64,000 nucleotides of DNA, from NCBI RefSeq assembly GCF_963921235.1, contig NC_086097.1:30940001-31004000 (forward strand), in the 5' to 3' direction. Below the pieces are notes generated by a model. It was not told where the DNA came from. It did not search any database and saw only the letters and a list, made by a program, of their open reading frames with translations. Origin of the DNA: Mobula hypostoma (taxonomy: Eukaryota). Below are positions 50,915 to 64,000 of the stretch, in pieces (position 1 is the first letter of the stretch; each line of letters opens with the position of its first letter). The translations under genes were made by a program, and so were the position numbers.

Positions 50915-52148
50915 AAATAGAAATAGAAAATAGAAAATCTACAGCACAATACAGGCCCTTCGGCTCACAAGGTTGTGCCAAACATGTCCTTACCTTAGAA
51001 ATTACCTAGGGTTACCCATAGCCCTCTATTTTTCTAAGCTCCATGTACCTGTCCAGGAGTCTTTTGAAAGATCCTATCGTATCCGCTTCCACCACCGTCA
51101 CTGGCAACCCAATCCACGCACTCACCATTCTCTGTGTAAAAAACTCATCCCTGACATCTCCTCTGTACCTACTTCCAAGCACCTTAAAACTGTGCCCTCT
51201 TGTGGCAGCCATTTCAGCCCTGAGAAAAAGCCTCTGACCATCCACATGATCAATGCCTCTCATCATCTTATACACCTCTATCAGGTCACCTCTCATCCTC
51301 CATCACTCCAAGGAGAAAAGGCCAAGTTCACTCAACCTATTCTCATAGGGCATGCTCCCCAATCCAGGCAACATCCTTGTAAATCTCCTCTGCACCCTTT
51401 CTATGGTTTTCACGTCCTTCCTGTAGTGAGGTGACCAGAACTGAGCACAGTACTCCAAGTGGGGTCTGACCAGGGTCCTATATAACTGCAACATTATCTC
51501 TTGGCTCTTAAACTCAATCCTGCGATTGATGAAGGCCAATGCACCATATGCCTTCTTAACCACAGAGTCAACCTGCGCAGCAGCTTTAAGTCTCCTATGG
51601 ACTCGGACCCCAAGATCCCTCTGATTCTCCATGCTGCCAAGAGTCTTACCATTAATACTATATTCTGCCATCATATTTGACCTACCAAAATGAGCCACCT
51701 CACACTTATCTGGGTTGAACTCCATCTGCCACTTCTCAGCCCAGTTTGGCATCCTATCAATGTCCCGCTGTAATCTCTGACAGCCCTCCACACTATCCAC
51801 AACACCCCCAACCTTTGTGTCATCACCGAATTTACTAACCCATCCCTCCACTTCCTTAAACAGGTCATTTATAAAAATCACGAAGAGTAGGGTCCCAGAA
51901 CAGATCCCTGAGGCACACCACTGGTCACTGACCTCCATGCTGAATATGACCCATCGAGAACCACTCTTTGCTTTCTGTGAGCAAGCCATTTCTGGATATA
52001 CAAAGCAATGTCCCCTTGGATCCCATGCCTCCTTATTTTCTCAATAAGCCTTGCATGGGGTACCTTATCAAATGCCTTGCTGAAATCCATATACTCTACA
52101 TCTACACCTACTGCTCTACCTCCATCAATGTGTTAAGTCACATCCTCA
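50915..52148 (-). mobile_element. CR1 LINE, 5'-truncated (subfamily A)
   Basis: Highly similar to 15926-17120. RT motifs DFSKAFDKVPH and RPHLEYCAQFWSP. Confidence 0.95.
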
Positions 52149-52149
52149 G

Positions 52150-53478
52150 ATCACCCTGTGCAGTCACGGTGTTTCAATTGATTGTAGTAAAAATACACCT
52201 CTATCTGAAAGGTCCAACTGCTGGTGAGCCAGTATCCTGGCAAAAACTACACCTTGAAGACAAAAGAACACTCCAAGAAACTCAGTGAAAAGCACAAGTC
52301 AGGAGATTGATACAAGAAAATTTCCAAGTCACTGAATATCCCTTGGAGTACAGTTAAGTAAATCATCAAGAAAAGGAAAGAATATGGCACGCTGTAAATC
52401 TGCCTAGAGCAGGCTGTCCTCAAAACTGAATGACCAGGCTAGAAGGGGACTAGTGAGGGAGGCCACCAGGAGACCTATGACAATTCTGGAGGAGTTTCAA
52501 GCTTCAGTGGCTGAGGCGGGAGAGACTGCACATACAACTGTTTCCTGGATGCTTCACCAGTTGCAGCTTTATGGAAGAGTGGCTAAGAGAAAGCCACTGT
52601 TGAAAATACTTACATGAAACCTCGGCTAGAGTTTACCAGAAGGCATGTGAGAGACTCTGAAGTCAGCTGGAAGAAGGTTCTGTGGTCTGATGAAACCAAG
52701 ATTGAGTTTTTGGCCATCAGACTAAACGCTATGTTTGGCATAAGACAAACACTGCAAATCATCAAAAACACACCATCCCTACAATGAAACATGGTGGTGG
52801 CTGCATCATGCTGTGGGGATGTTTCACAGCAGCAGGCCCTGAAAAGCTTGTGAAGGTAGGGGGTAATATAATGCAGCAAGATACAGGGAATTCCTGGAGG
52901 AAAACCTGATGCAGTCTGCAAGAGAACTGCGACTTGGAAGAAGGTTTGTTTTCCAGCAAGACAATGACCCCAAGCATAAAGCCAAAGCTACACAGGAGTG
53001 GCTTAAAAACAACAAAGTTACTGTCTTGGAGTGGCCAAGTCAGAGTCCAGACCTCAATCCAATTTGGAATTTGTGGCAGGACATGAAAAGGGCTGTTTAC
53101 TCATGATCTCCATGCAATCTGACAGAGCTTGAAGAGTTTTGTAAAGAAGAATGGGGAAAAATTGCAGTGTCCAGATGTGCAAAACTGGTAGAGACCTATC
53201 CACACAGACTCAAGGCTGTAATTGCTGACTAAGGTGCAGCTACTAAATACTGACTTGAAGGGGGTGAGTAATTATGCAATCGAATATTTTGTGTTTAATA
53301 ACTGTAATAAATTTAGACCAATTTGTAGAAATTTGTTTCTTTCACTTTGACGTGCAAGAGTCTTTTCTGTTGTTCAATGTCAATAAAGCAAAATTAAACA
53401 CACTGTAATTCAATGTTGTAAAACAGTAAAAGATGAAAACTTCCAAGGGGGAGGAGTGAATACTTTTTATGGGCACTG
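52150..53478 (+). mobile_element. Tc1-family DNA transposon, defective transposase, left inverted repeat missing
   Basis: [33 protein letters not shown] and [11 protein letters not shown] give DD34E spacing with the Glu mutated. The right end reads ...gaatactttttatgggcactg followed by TA. Confidence 0.92.
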
Positions 53479-53896
53479 TACGGCTCCCCCAATCTTGCTG
53501 TCATCTGCAAATTTGCTGATACATTTTACCACATTATCATCCAGATCGTTGATATAGATGACAAACAACAATGGATCCAGCTCCGATCTCTGGGGCACAC
53601 CAATAGTCACAGGGCTCCAGTCAGAGAGAGAACCATCTACTGCCACTCTCTAGCTTCTCTCGCTAAGCCAACATTACCATTTCATCTTGAATGCCAAGTG
53701 ACAACTTCTGAACCAGCTTCCCATGCAGGACTTAGGCTTGCTAAAATCCATGTAGACAACATCCACTGCCTTGCATTCATCAACTTCCCTGATAATCCCC
53801 TCGAAAAAATCTGGAAGAGTGGTTAGAGATGTCCTACCATGAACAAACCATGTTCACTATCCCGCAAGCAGGCCCAGTCTATCCAAATACTTCTAT

Positions 53897-55437
53897 ACAA
53901 TTAGTGGCCTCTTTATTAGTAACACTTGTACACCTGGTCGTTACTGCAAATCTCTGGCAGCTGATGGTTTAAGATGGCGCCGGTGAATCACAGCGATGCC
54001 TTTCTGGCGACAAACACAACTATTTCATTACTCACACTTTTACTTCAAAACGATCACTGCAATCAGTAGCCTTTCCGAGTGGAACTTTTGAACCACTTGT
54101 ACGACCTAGCATTTTTGCGGTGTGAACTGAAATTTCGAAGGTGCAGGACGTTTGTGGCATGGCATTATGGGCCGAATCGAGGTGGCAGGGCTGGGTCTGG
54201 ACCTGAGAGTGGAGAGTGAGCCAGTGTTTAGGCACTGCTGGACTGGACTTGGAGGTGATTCGAAGCAAGGCAAGACAGTGTCGAGGCAGCAAGACCCAGG
54301 CCCGACATTAAGGAGCAACCTGCTAATTGGCTGATTTAAGCGCTGGGCCAATTGGAAAGGTCAGGTATGGACTGAATTGAGGCAGTGGGATCCAGGCCTG
54401 AAAGCCAGGAACAATCCAGGGTCTGACTCACTTAAGCACCGGGCAAGTCTGGAAAGGTCAGCTACAAGCCAAATGGAGGTGGTGGGGCCCAGGTCTGAGA
54501 GCAAGGGATGACCTGAGGTTTTGACAATTTAAGTGCTGGGCCAGATTGAAAAGGTCAGGGTGTTGAGGCCAGAGACAAGAAATGGGTCGGTGTTCAGCTC
54601 ACTACCCTGTGAGATTTACTTATTTCTGCGCTGAGCTGAGGCCGTGGCCTGCAACTAATGGGCTCCTGGATTGAACTGAATTGACTTTATATCTCACATC
54701 CTTCACATATATGAGGAGTAAAAATCTTTACGTTACGTCTCCATCTAAATGTGATTGAGTGTGACTGGCTTTGTGGCTGTGGACTCAATTTTGTGAACTT
54801 CAGTCCTGAATATTATTTGCTTACTTTTATTGTTTGCATGGTTTTGGTTTTTTTCCCTGCACATTGGGTGTTTGACTCTCTTCTTTCTTAAATCGGTTAT
54901 TTTGGGTTGCTTTGTTTGTGGCTGCCTGTAAGGAGACAAATCTCAAGGTTGCAGATGGTATACATAGTTTGATAATAAACGTCATTTGATTTTGAGCAAC
55001 TCAATGCATAAAAGTAACCAGACATGGTCAAGTGGTCTGACCAAACATCAGAATGGGGAAGAAATGTGACTTTGACCGTGAAGTTATTTTTGGTGCCAGG
55101 CAGGGTGGTTTGAATATCTCAGAAACTGTTGAACTCCTGGGTTTTCATGCATAACAGTTTCTAGAGTTTACAGAGAATGGTGCTTTAAATAAAAAAAAAC
55201 ATCCAGTGAGCGGCAGTTCTGTGGGCGAAAATGTCTAGTTAATGAGAGGTCAGAGGAGAATGGTTAGACTGGTTCAAGCTGACAGGAAGGAGACAGTAAC
55301 TCCAGTAACCACTTTCCAACAGTGGTATGTAGAAGAGCATCTCTGAACACACACAATTCAAACTTTGAAGTGGACGGGCTACAGCAGCAGAAGATCACGA
55401 ACATACATACAGTGGCCACTTAATTTGGTACAGGAGG
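53897..55437 (+). mobile_element. Second, internally deleted Tc1-like element, split by an about 1-kb retroposon (about 53960-54993)
   Basis: agtggcc(t/a)ct..att.g(t/g) end motif at about 53903 and 55411. Transposase N-terminal remnants (gaatggggaagaaatgtgac..., gagaggtcagaggagaatgg) at 54994-55400. Confidence 0.65.
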
Positions 55438-56319
55438 CTATTGGATGTACATAGTCTCCAATAATTTTCATACTACTGACATCAGGCTTACTGGCCTATA
55501 GTTTCCCAGTTTATTCTTCAAACTTTTCTTCAAGAATGGAACATATCCTCCAGTCCTCCAGCACCTCACCTATGGCTAACAATGTTTAAATCCCTTTGCT
55601 AGGGCCCATGCAATTTCTGTACTAATCTCCTACAAGGCCTGAGGGGACAACTTGTCAGGCCCTGGAGATTCATCCACCTTAAATTACCTCAAGGCACCAA
55701 GTATCTCCTCTGTAATCTGGATATGGTCCATGACCTCAGTGCCGTTTTGCCTCCGTTCTACAGACTCTGTGTCTGTCTCCTGGGTAGCACGTGTAACTCA
55801 TCCTTGATCAGATAATTCGGTGTGAGCTCCTTGTCGTATCCTGAGCTGAGGGCTACATCAGGTGGAGTGGTTACTGCTGAAGGCACAGGCAGCAGGAACT
55901 GACAGATATTTCTCTGCAATATTCAGAACGTGGTGCAATTATCGCACGGTAGAGTTTCCCTTGAACTTTTCCTGATTAATATTGACTCTGTGAATCTGTC
56001 ACAGCAAGAGAAATGTGTGCTCGTCAGCAGTAATGAGCAAGAATCAGTGCGTCAGGAGCAATCCCCAGGACACTATAGGCAGCATGGAAATTAAAACGTA
56101 TTTGAGTTATAATTAAAATGAAGCAATGCAGATGAAATTATTAGGGCCTTTAGACATAGAAACACGAAAGAGTCAAACATTTATAACTTACTGACTTTTT
56201 GAGATGAGAAACATCGTGGACAGAGTGTGACAGACAAACGGAGAAGGATGCCAATTCTTCCCAGTCAGATTTTCCACATGGCAATGGACCTCACTGCAAT
56301 GAGCCGGCAGCAGGGAAGC

Positions 56320-59300
56320 TGCAGACCCGCATCACCAACCCAGTGCAGACCCACATCACTGACCCAGTGCAGACCCACATCACTGACCCAGTGCCGACTC
56401 ACATCACTGACCCAGTGCAGACCCACATCACTGACCCAGTGCCGACTGCTGCATCACTGACCCAGTGCAGACCCACATCACTGACCCAGTACCGACTCAC
56501 ATCACTGACCCAGTGCCGACTAACATCACCGACCCAGTGCCGAATCACATCACTGACCCAGTGCCGACTCACATCACTGACCCAGTGCCGACTCACATAA
56601 CTGACCCAGTGCCGACTCACATCACTGACCCAGTGCCGACTCACATCACTGACCCAGTGCCGACTCACATCACCGACCCAGTGCAGACCCACATCACTGA
56701 CCCAGTGCCGACTCACATCACTGACCCAGTGCCGACTGCTGCATCACTGACCCAGTGCCGACTCACATCACCGACCCAGTGCTGAATCACATCACCGACC
56801 CAGTGCCGACTCACATCACTGACCCAGTGTCGACTGCTGCATCACCGACCCAGTGCCGACTCAAATCACTGACCCAGTGCAGACCCACATCACTGACCCA
56901 GTGCCGACTCACATCACTGACCCAGTGCCGACTCACATCACCGATCCAGTGCCGACTGCTGCATCACCGACCCAGTGCAGACCCACATCACTGACCCAGT
57001 GCCGACTCACATCACTGACCCAGTGCCGACTCATATCACTGACCCAGTGCCGACTCACATCACTGACCCAGTGCCGACTCTCATCACTGACCCAGTGCCG
57101 ACTCACATCACTGACCCAGTGCCGACTCACATCACTGACCCAGTGCCGACTGCTGCATCACCGACCCAGTGCCGACTGCTGCACCACCGATCCAGTGCCG
57201 ACTCACATCACCGACCCAGTGCCGACTCACACCACCGACCCAGTGCTGAATCACATCACCGACCCAGTGCAGACCCGCATCACTGACCCAGTGCCGACTG
57301 CTGCATCACTGACCCAGTGCCGACTCACATCACTGACCCAGTGCCGACTCACATCACTGACCCAGTGCCGACTGCTGCATCACCGACCCAGTGCCGACTG
57401 CTGCACCACCGATCCAGTGCCGACTCACATCACCGACCCAGTGCTGAATCACATCACCGACCCAGTGCCGACTCACATCACTGACCCAGTGTCGACTGCT
57501 GCATCACTGACCCAGTGCCGACTGCTGCATCACCGACCCAGTGCAGACTCACATCACTGACCCAGTGCCGACTCACATCACCGAACAAGTGCCGACTGCT
57601 GCATCACTGACCCAGTGCCGACTGCTGCATCACCTACCCAGTGCCGACTGCTGCATCACCGACCCAGTGCCGACTGCTGCATCACCAACGCAGTGCCGAC
57701 TCACATCACTGTCCCAGTGCCGACTGCTGCATCACTGACCCAGTGCTGACTGCTGCATCACCTACCCAGTGCCGACTGCTGCATCACCGACCCAGTGCCG
57801 ACTCACATCACCGACCCAGTGCCGACCCACATCATCGACCCAGTGCCGACTCACATCATTGACCCAGTGCCGACTCACATCACCGACCCAGTGCCGACTC
57901 ACATCACCGACCCAGTGCCGACTCACATCACCGATCCAGTGCCGACTGCTGCATCACCGATCCAGTGCCGACTCACATCACCGAACAAGTGCCGACTCAC
58001 ATCACCGACCCAGTGCCGACTCACATCACCGACCCAGTGCCGACTCACATCACCGACCCAGTGCCGACTGCTGCATCACCGACCCAGTGCCAACTCACAT
58101 CACCGACCCAGTGCCGACTCACATCACCGACCCAGTGCCGACTCACATCACTGACCCAGTGCCGACTCACATCACCGATCCAGTGCCGACTCACATCACC
58201 GACCCAGTGCCGACTCACATCACTGACCCAGTGCCGATTGCTGCATCACCGACTCAGTGCAGACCCGCATCACTGACCCAGTGCCAACTCACATCACCGA
58301 CTCACATCACTGACCCAGTGCCGACTGCTGCATCACTGACCCAGTGCCGACTGCTGCATCACCGACCCAGTGCCGACTCACATCACTGACCCAGTGCTGA
58401 CTCACATCACTGACCCAGTGCAGACCCGCATCACTGACCCAGTGCCAACTCACATCACCGACCCAGTGCCGACTCACATCACTGACCCAGCGCCGACTGC
58501 TGCATCACCGACCCAGTGCAGACCCGCATCACTGACCCAGTGCCAACTCACATCACCGACCCAGTGTCGACTCACATCACTGACCCAGTGCCGACGGCTG
58601 CATCACCGACCCAGTGCAGACCCGCATCACTGACCCAGTGCCGACTCACATCACCGACCCAGTGCCGACTCACATCACCGACCCAGTGCCGACTGCTGCA
58701 TCACCGACCCAGTGCAGACCCGCATCACTGACCCAGTGCCGACTCACATCACCGACCCAGTGCTGACTGCTGCATCACCGACCCAGTGCAGACCCGCATC
58801 ACTGACCCAGTGCCGACTGCTGCACACCGTCCCAGTGCAGACCCCCATCACTGACCCAGTGCCGACTGCTGCATCACCGACCCAGTGCCGACTCACATCA
58901 CTGACCCAGTGTCCACTCACATCACTGACCCAGTGTCCACTCACATCACTGACCCAGTGCAGACTCACATCACTGATCCAGTGCCGACTCACATCACTGA
59001 CCCAGTGTCCACTCACATCACTGACCCAGTGTCCACTCACATCACTGACCCAGTGCAGACTCACATCACTGATCCAGTGCCGACGCACATCACTGACCCA
59101 GTGCCGACTCCAATCACCGACCCAGTGCCGACTCACATCACCGACCCAGTGCCGACTCACATCACCGACCCAGTGCCGACTCACATCACCGACCCAGTGC
59201 CGACTGCTGCATCACCGACCCAGTGCCAACTCACATCACCGACCCAGTGCCGACTCACATCACTGACCCAGTGTCCACTCACATCACTGACCCAGTGTCC

Positions 59301-62300
59301 ACTCACATCACTGACCCAGTGCCGACTGACATCACAGATCCAGTGCCGACGGCCGCATCACCGACCCAGTGCAGACCCGCATCTCCGACACAGTGCCGAT
59401 TCACATCACTGATCCAGTGCCGACTACTGCATCACTGACACAGTGCAGACACTCATCACTGACCCTGTGCCCACTGCTGCATCACCGACCCAGTGCCAAC
59501 TGCTGCATCACCGACCCAGTGCCGACTCACACCACCGACCCAGTGCCGACTCACATCACCGACCCAGTGCCGACTCACATCACCGACCTAGTGCCGACTC
59601 ACATCACCGATCCAGTGCCGACTGCTGCATCACCGATCCAGTGCCGACTCACATCACCGAACAAGTGCCGACTCACATCACCGACCCAGTGCCGACTCAC
59701 ATCACCGACCCAGTGCCGACTCACATCACCGACCCAGTGCCGACTGCTGCATCACCGACCCAGTGCCAACTCACATCACCGACCCAGTGCCGACTCACAT
59801 CACCGACCCAGTGCCGACTCACATCACCGACCCAGTGCCGACTCACATCACCGATCCAGTGCCGACTCACATCACCGACCCAGTGCCGACTCACATCACT
59901 GACCCAGTGCCGATTGCTGCATCACCGACTCAGTGCAGACCCGCATCACTGACCCAGTGCCAACTCACATCACCGACTCACATCACTGACCCAGTGCCGA
60001 CTGCTGCATCACTGACCCAGTGCCGACTGCTGCATCACCGACCCAGTGCCGACTCACATCACTGACCCAGTGCTGAATCACATCACTGACCCAGTGCAGA
60101 CCCGCATCACTGACCCAGTGCCAACTCACATCACCGACCCAGTGCCGACTCACATCACTGACCCAGCGCCGACTGCTGCATCACCGACCCAGTGCAGACC
60201 TGCATCACTGACCCAGTGCCAACTCACATCACCGACCCAGTGTCGACTCACATCACTGACCCAGTGCCGACTGCTGCATCACCGACCCAGTGCAGACCCG
60301 CATCACTGACCCAGTGCCGACTCACATCACCGACCCAGTGCCGACTCACATCACCGACCCAGTGCCGACTGCTGCATCACCGACCCAGTGCAGACCCGCA
60401 TCACTGACCCAGTGCCGACTCACATCACCGACCCAGTGCTGACTGCTGCATCACCGACCCAGTGCAGACCCGCATCACTGACCCAGTGCCGACTGCTGCA
60501 CACCGTCCCAGTGCAGACCCCCATCACTGACCCAGTGCCGACTGCTGCATCACCGACCCAGTGCAGACCTGCATCACTGACCCAGTGCCAACTCACATCA
60601 CCGACCCAGTGTCGACTCACATCACTGACCCAGTGCCGACTGCTGCATCACCGACCCAGTGCAGACCCGCATCACTGACCCAGTGCCGACTCACATCACC
60701 GACCCAGTGCCGACTCACATCACCGACCCAGTGCCGACTGCTGCATCACCGACCCAGTGCAGACCCGCATCACTGACCCAGTGCCGACTCACATCACCGA
60801 CCCAGTGCTGACTGCTGCATCACCGACCCAGTGCAGACCCGCATCACTGACCCAGTGCCGACTGCTGCACACCGTCCCAGTGCCGACTCACATCACTGAC
60901 CCAGTGTCCACTCACATCACTGACCCAGTGTCCACTCACATCACTGACCCAGTGCAGACTCACATCACTGATCCAGTGCGACTCACATCACTGACCGTGT
61001 CCACTCACATCACTGACCCAGTGTCCACTCACATCACTGACCCAGTGCAGACCCACATCACTGATCCAGTGCCGACTCACATCACTGACCCAGTGCCGAC
61101 TCCAATCACCGACCCAGTGCCGACTCACATCACCGACCCAGTGCCGACTCACATCACTGACCCAGTGCCGACCCACATCACTGACCCAGTGCCGACTCAC
61201 ATCACTGACCCAGTGCAGACCCACACCACTGATCCAGTGCCGACTCACATCACTGACCCAGTGCAGACTCACATCACTGACCCAGTGCCGACTCACATCA
61301 CCGACCCAGTGCCGACTCACATCACTGACCCAGTGCCGACTCACATCACCGACCCAGTGCAGACTCACATCACTGACCCAGTGCAGACTCACATCACCGA
61401 CCCAGTGCAGACTCACATCACCGACCCAGTGCCGACTCACATCACTGACCCAGTGCCGACTCACATCACTGACCCAGTGCCGACTCACATCACTGACCCA
61501 GTGCCGACTCACATCACCGACCCAGTGCAGACTCACATCACTGACCTAGTGCCGACTCACATCACTGACCCAGTGCCGACTCACATCACTGACCCAGTGC
61601 CGACTCACATCACTGACCCAGTGTCCACTCACATCACTGACCCAGTGTCCACTCACATCACTGACCCAGTGCCGACTGACATCACGGATCCAGTGCCGAC
61701 GGCCGCATCACCGACCCAGTGCAGACCCGCATCACCGACACAGTGCCGATTCACATCACTGATCCAGTGCCGACTACTGCATCACTGACACAGTGCAGAC
61801 ACTCATCACTGACCCAGTGCCCACTGCTGCATCACCGACCCAGTGCCAACTGCTGCATCACCGACCCAGTGCCGACTCACACCACTGACCCAGTGCTGAC
61901 TGCTGCATCACCGACCTAGTGCAGACCCGCATCACTGACCTAGTGCCAACTCACATCACTGACCCAGTGACGACTGCTGCATCACCGACCCAGTGCCGAA
62001 TCACATCACTGACCCAGTGCCGACTCACATCACCGACCCAGTGCCGACTCACATCACTGACCCAGTGCCGACTCACATCACTGACCCAGTGCCGACTCAC
62101 ATCACTGACCCAGTGCCGACTCACATCACTGACCCAGTGCAGACTCACATCACTGACCCAGTGCCGACTCACATCACCGACCCAGTGCCGACTCACATCA
62201 CTGACCCAGTGCCGACTCACATCACTGACCCAGTGCCGACTAACATCACCGACCCAGTGCCGACTCACATCACCGACCCAGTGCAGACTCGCATCACTGA

Positions 62301-64000
62301 CCTAGTGCCGACTCACGTCACTGACCCAGTGCCGACTCACGTCACTGACCCAGTGCCGACTCACGTCACTGACCCAGTGCCGACTCACATCACTGACCCA
62401 GTGTCCACTCACATCACTGACCCAGTGTCCACTCACATCACTGACCCAGTGCCGACTGACATCACGGATCCAGTGCCGACGGCCGCATCACCGACCCAGT
62501 GCAGACCCGCATCACCGACACAGTGCCGATTCACATCACTGATCCAGTGCCGACTACTGCATCACTGACACAGTGCAGACACTCATCACTGACCCAGTGC
62601 CCACTGCTGCATCACCGACCCAGTGCCAACTGCTGCATCACCGACCCAGTGCCGACTCACACCACTGACCCAGTGCTGACTGCTGCATCACCGACCTAGT
62701 GCAGACCCGCATCACTGACCTAGTGCCAACTCACATCACTGACCCAGTGACGACTGCTGCATCACCGACCCAGTGCCGAATCACATCACTGACCCAGTGC
62801 CGACTCTCATCACTGACCCAGTGCCGACTCACATCACTGACCCAGTGCCGACTGCTGCATCACCGACCCAGTGCCGACTGCTGCATCACCTACCCAGTGC
62901 CGACTGCTGCATCACCGACCCAGTGCCGACTCACATCACCGACCCAGTGCCGACTCACATCACTGACCCAGTGCCGACTCACATCACTGATCCAGTGCCG
63001 ACTCTCATCACTGACTCAGTGCCGACTCACATCACTGACCCAGTGCCGACTCACATCACTGATCCAGTGACGACTGCTGCATCACTGACCCAGTGCAGAC
63101 CCTCATCACTGACCCAGTGCCCACCGCTGCATCACCGACCCAGTACCGACTCACATCACCGACCCAGTGCTGACTCTCATCACTGACCCAGTGCCGACTG
63201 CTGCATCACTGACCCAGTGCAAACCCTCATCACTGTCCCAGTGCCCACTGCTGCATCACCGACCCAGTGCAGACCCTCATCACTGACCCAGTGCCCACCG
63301 CTGCATCACCGACCCAGTACCGACTCACATCACCGACCCAGTGCCGACTCTCATCACTGACCCAGTGCCGACTGCTGCATCACTGACCCAGTGCCCACTG
63401 CTGCATCACCGACCCAGTGCAGACCCTCATCACTGACCCAGTGCCCACCGCTGCATCACCGACCCAGTACCGACTCACATCACCGACCCAGTGCCGACTC
63501 TCATCACTGACCCAGTGCCGACTGCTGCATCACTGACCCAGTGCCCACTGCTGCATCACCGACCCAGTGCAGACCCTCATCACTGACCCAGTGCCCACCG
63601 CTGCATCACCGACCCAGTACCGACTCACATCACCGACCCAGTGCCGACTCTCATCACTGACCCAGTGCTGACTGCTGCATCACTGACCCAGTGCAGACCC
63701 TCATCACTGTCCCAGTGCCCACTGCTGCATCACTGACCCAGTGCCGACTCACATCACTGACCCAGTGCCGACTCACATCACTGACCCAGTGACGACTGCT
63801 GCATCACCGACCCAGTGCCGACTTTCATCACTGACCCAGTGCCAACTCACATCACTGACCCACTGCCGACTCACATAACTGATCCAGTGCCGACTCACAT
63901 CACTGACCCAGTGCCGACTGCTGCATCACTGACCCAGTGCAAACCCTCATCACTGTCCCAGTGCCCACTGCTGCATCACCGACCCAGTGCAGACCCTCAT
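56320..64000. repeat. Large minisatellite of 24-bp and 26-bp units, running off the window end
   Basis: Units gacccagtgccgactcacatcac(t/c) (24 bp) and gacccagtgccgactgctgcatcac(t/c) (26 bp), with higher-order duplications. Confidence 0.98.

Larger units (their letters stand above)
50460..55790 (-). mobile_element. Old CR1 acting as host for nested insertions
   Basis: Collinear CR1 pieces at about 50460-50910, 53481-53895 and 55445-55790. Confidence 0.75.

Noticed and set aside
56186..56270. Minus-strand gtaagt donor as a possible upstream BRF1 exon
   Set aside because: The phase-0 translation (..SHSVHDVSHLKKS) does not resemble BRF1 and there is no good acceptor.
56343..63186. Mucin-like (PTHITDPV)n ORFs up to 343 aa
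   Set aside because: They are produced by a stop-free 24-bp unit. The interspersed 26-bp units shift the frame constantly, and there is no signal peptide or splice context.
56320..64000. CRISPR-like array
   Set aside because: Units are contiguous with no unique spacers, there are no cas genes, and the context is vertebrate.

Overview
Eukaryotic, repeat-dense vertebrate DNA. The mix of CR1 LINEs, Rex1/Babar LINEs, tRNA-derived SINEs and Penelope ends points to a cartilaginous fish, probably a ray (inference). The only host gene I can identify is BRF1 (TFIIIB 90-kDa subunit): its last two coding exons are on the minus strand (50375-50207 and 48710-48673) and neither appears in the ORF track. 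There is weaker evidence for an unidentified spliced plus-strand gene (exons 27894-27976 and 30283-30487). Most of the rest is transposon-derived. This includes several CR1 subfamilies, an AT-rich RTE LINE nested in a CR1, Penelope-like GIY-YIG elements carrying minimal hammerhead ribozyme motifs (one with an intact core), a solo LTR, two Tc1-family elements in a multi-layer nested stack, and several minisatellites. The largest minisatellite is a >7.6 kb array of 24/26-bp units with higher-order duplications, apparently inside a BRF1 intron. I see no prokaryotic features or CRISPR and no clearly new biological system. The most notable items are the hammerhead-bearing Penelope elements, an oddly rearranged CR1, the RTE (a horizontal-transfer candidate) and the possible unannotated gene. 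Boundaries of degraded repeats are approximate.
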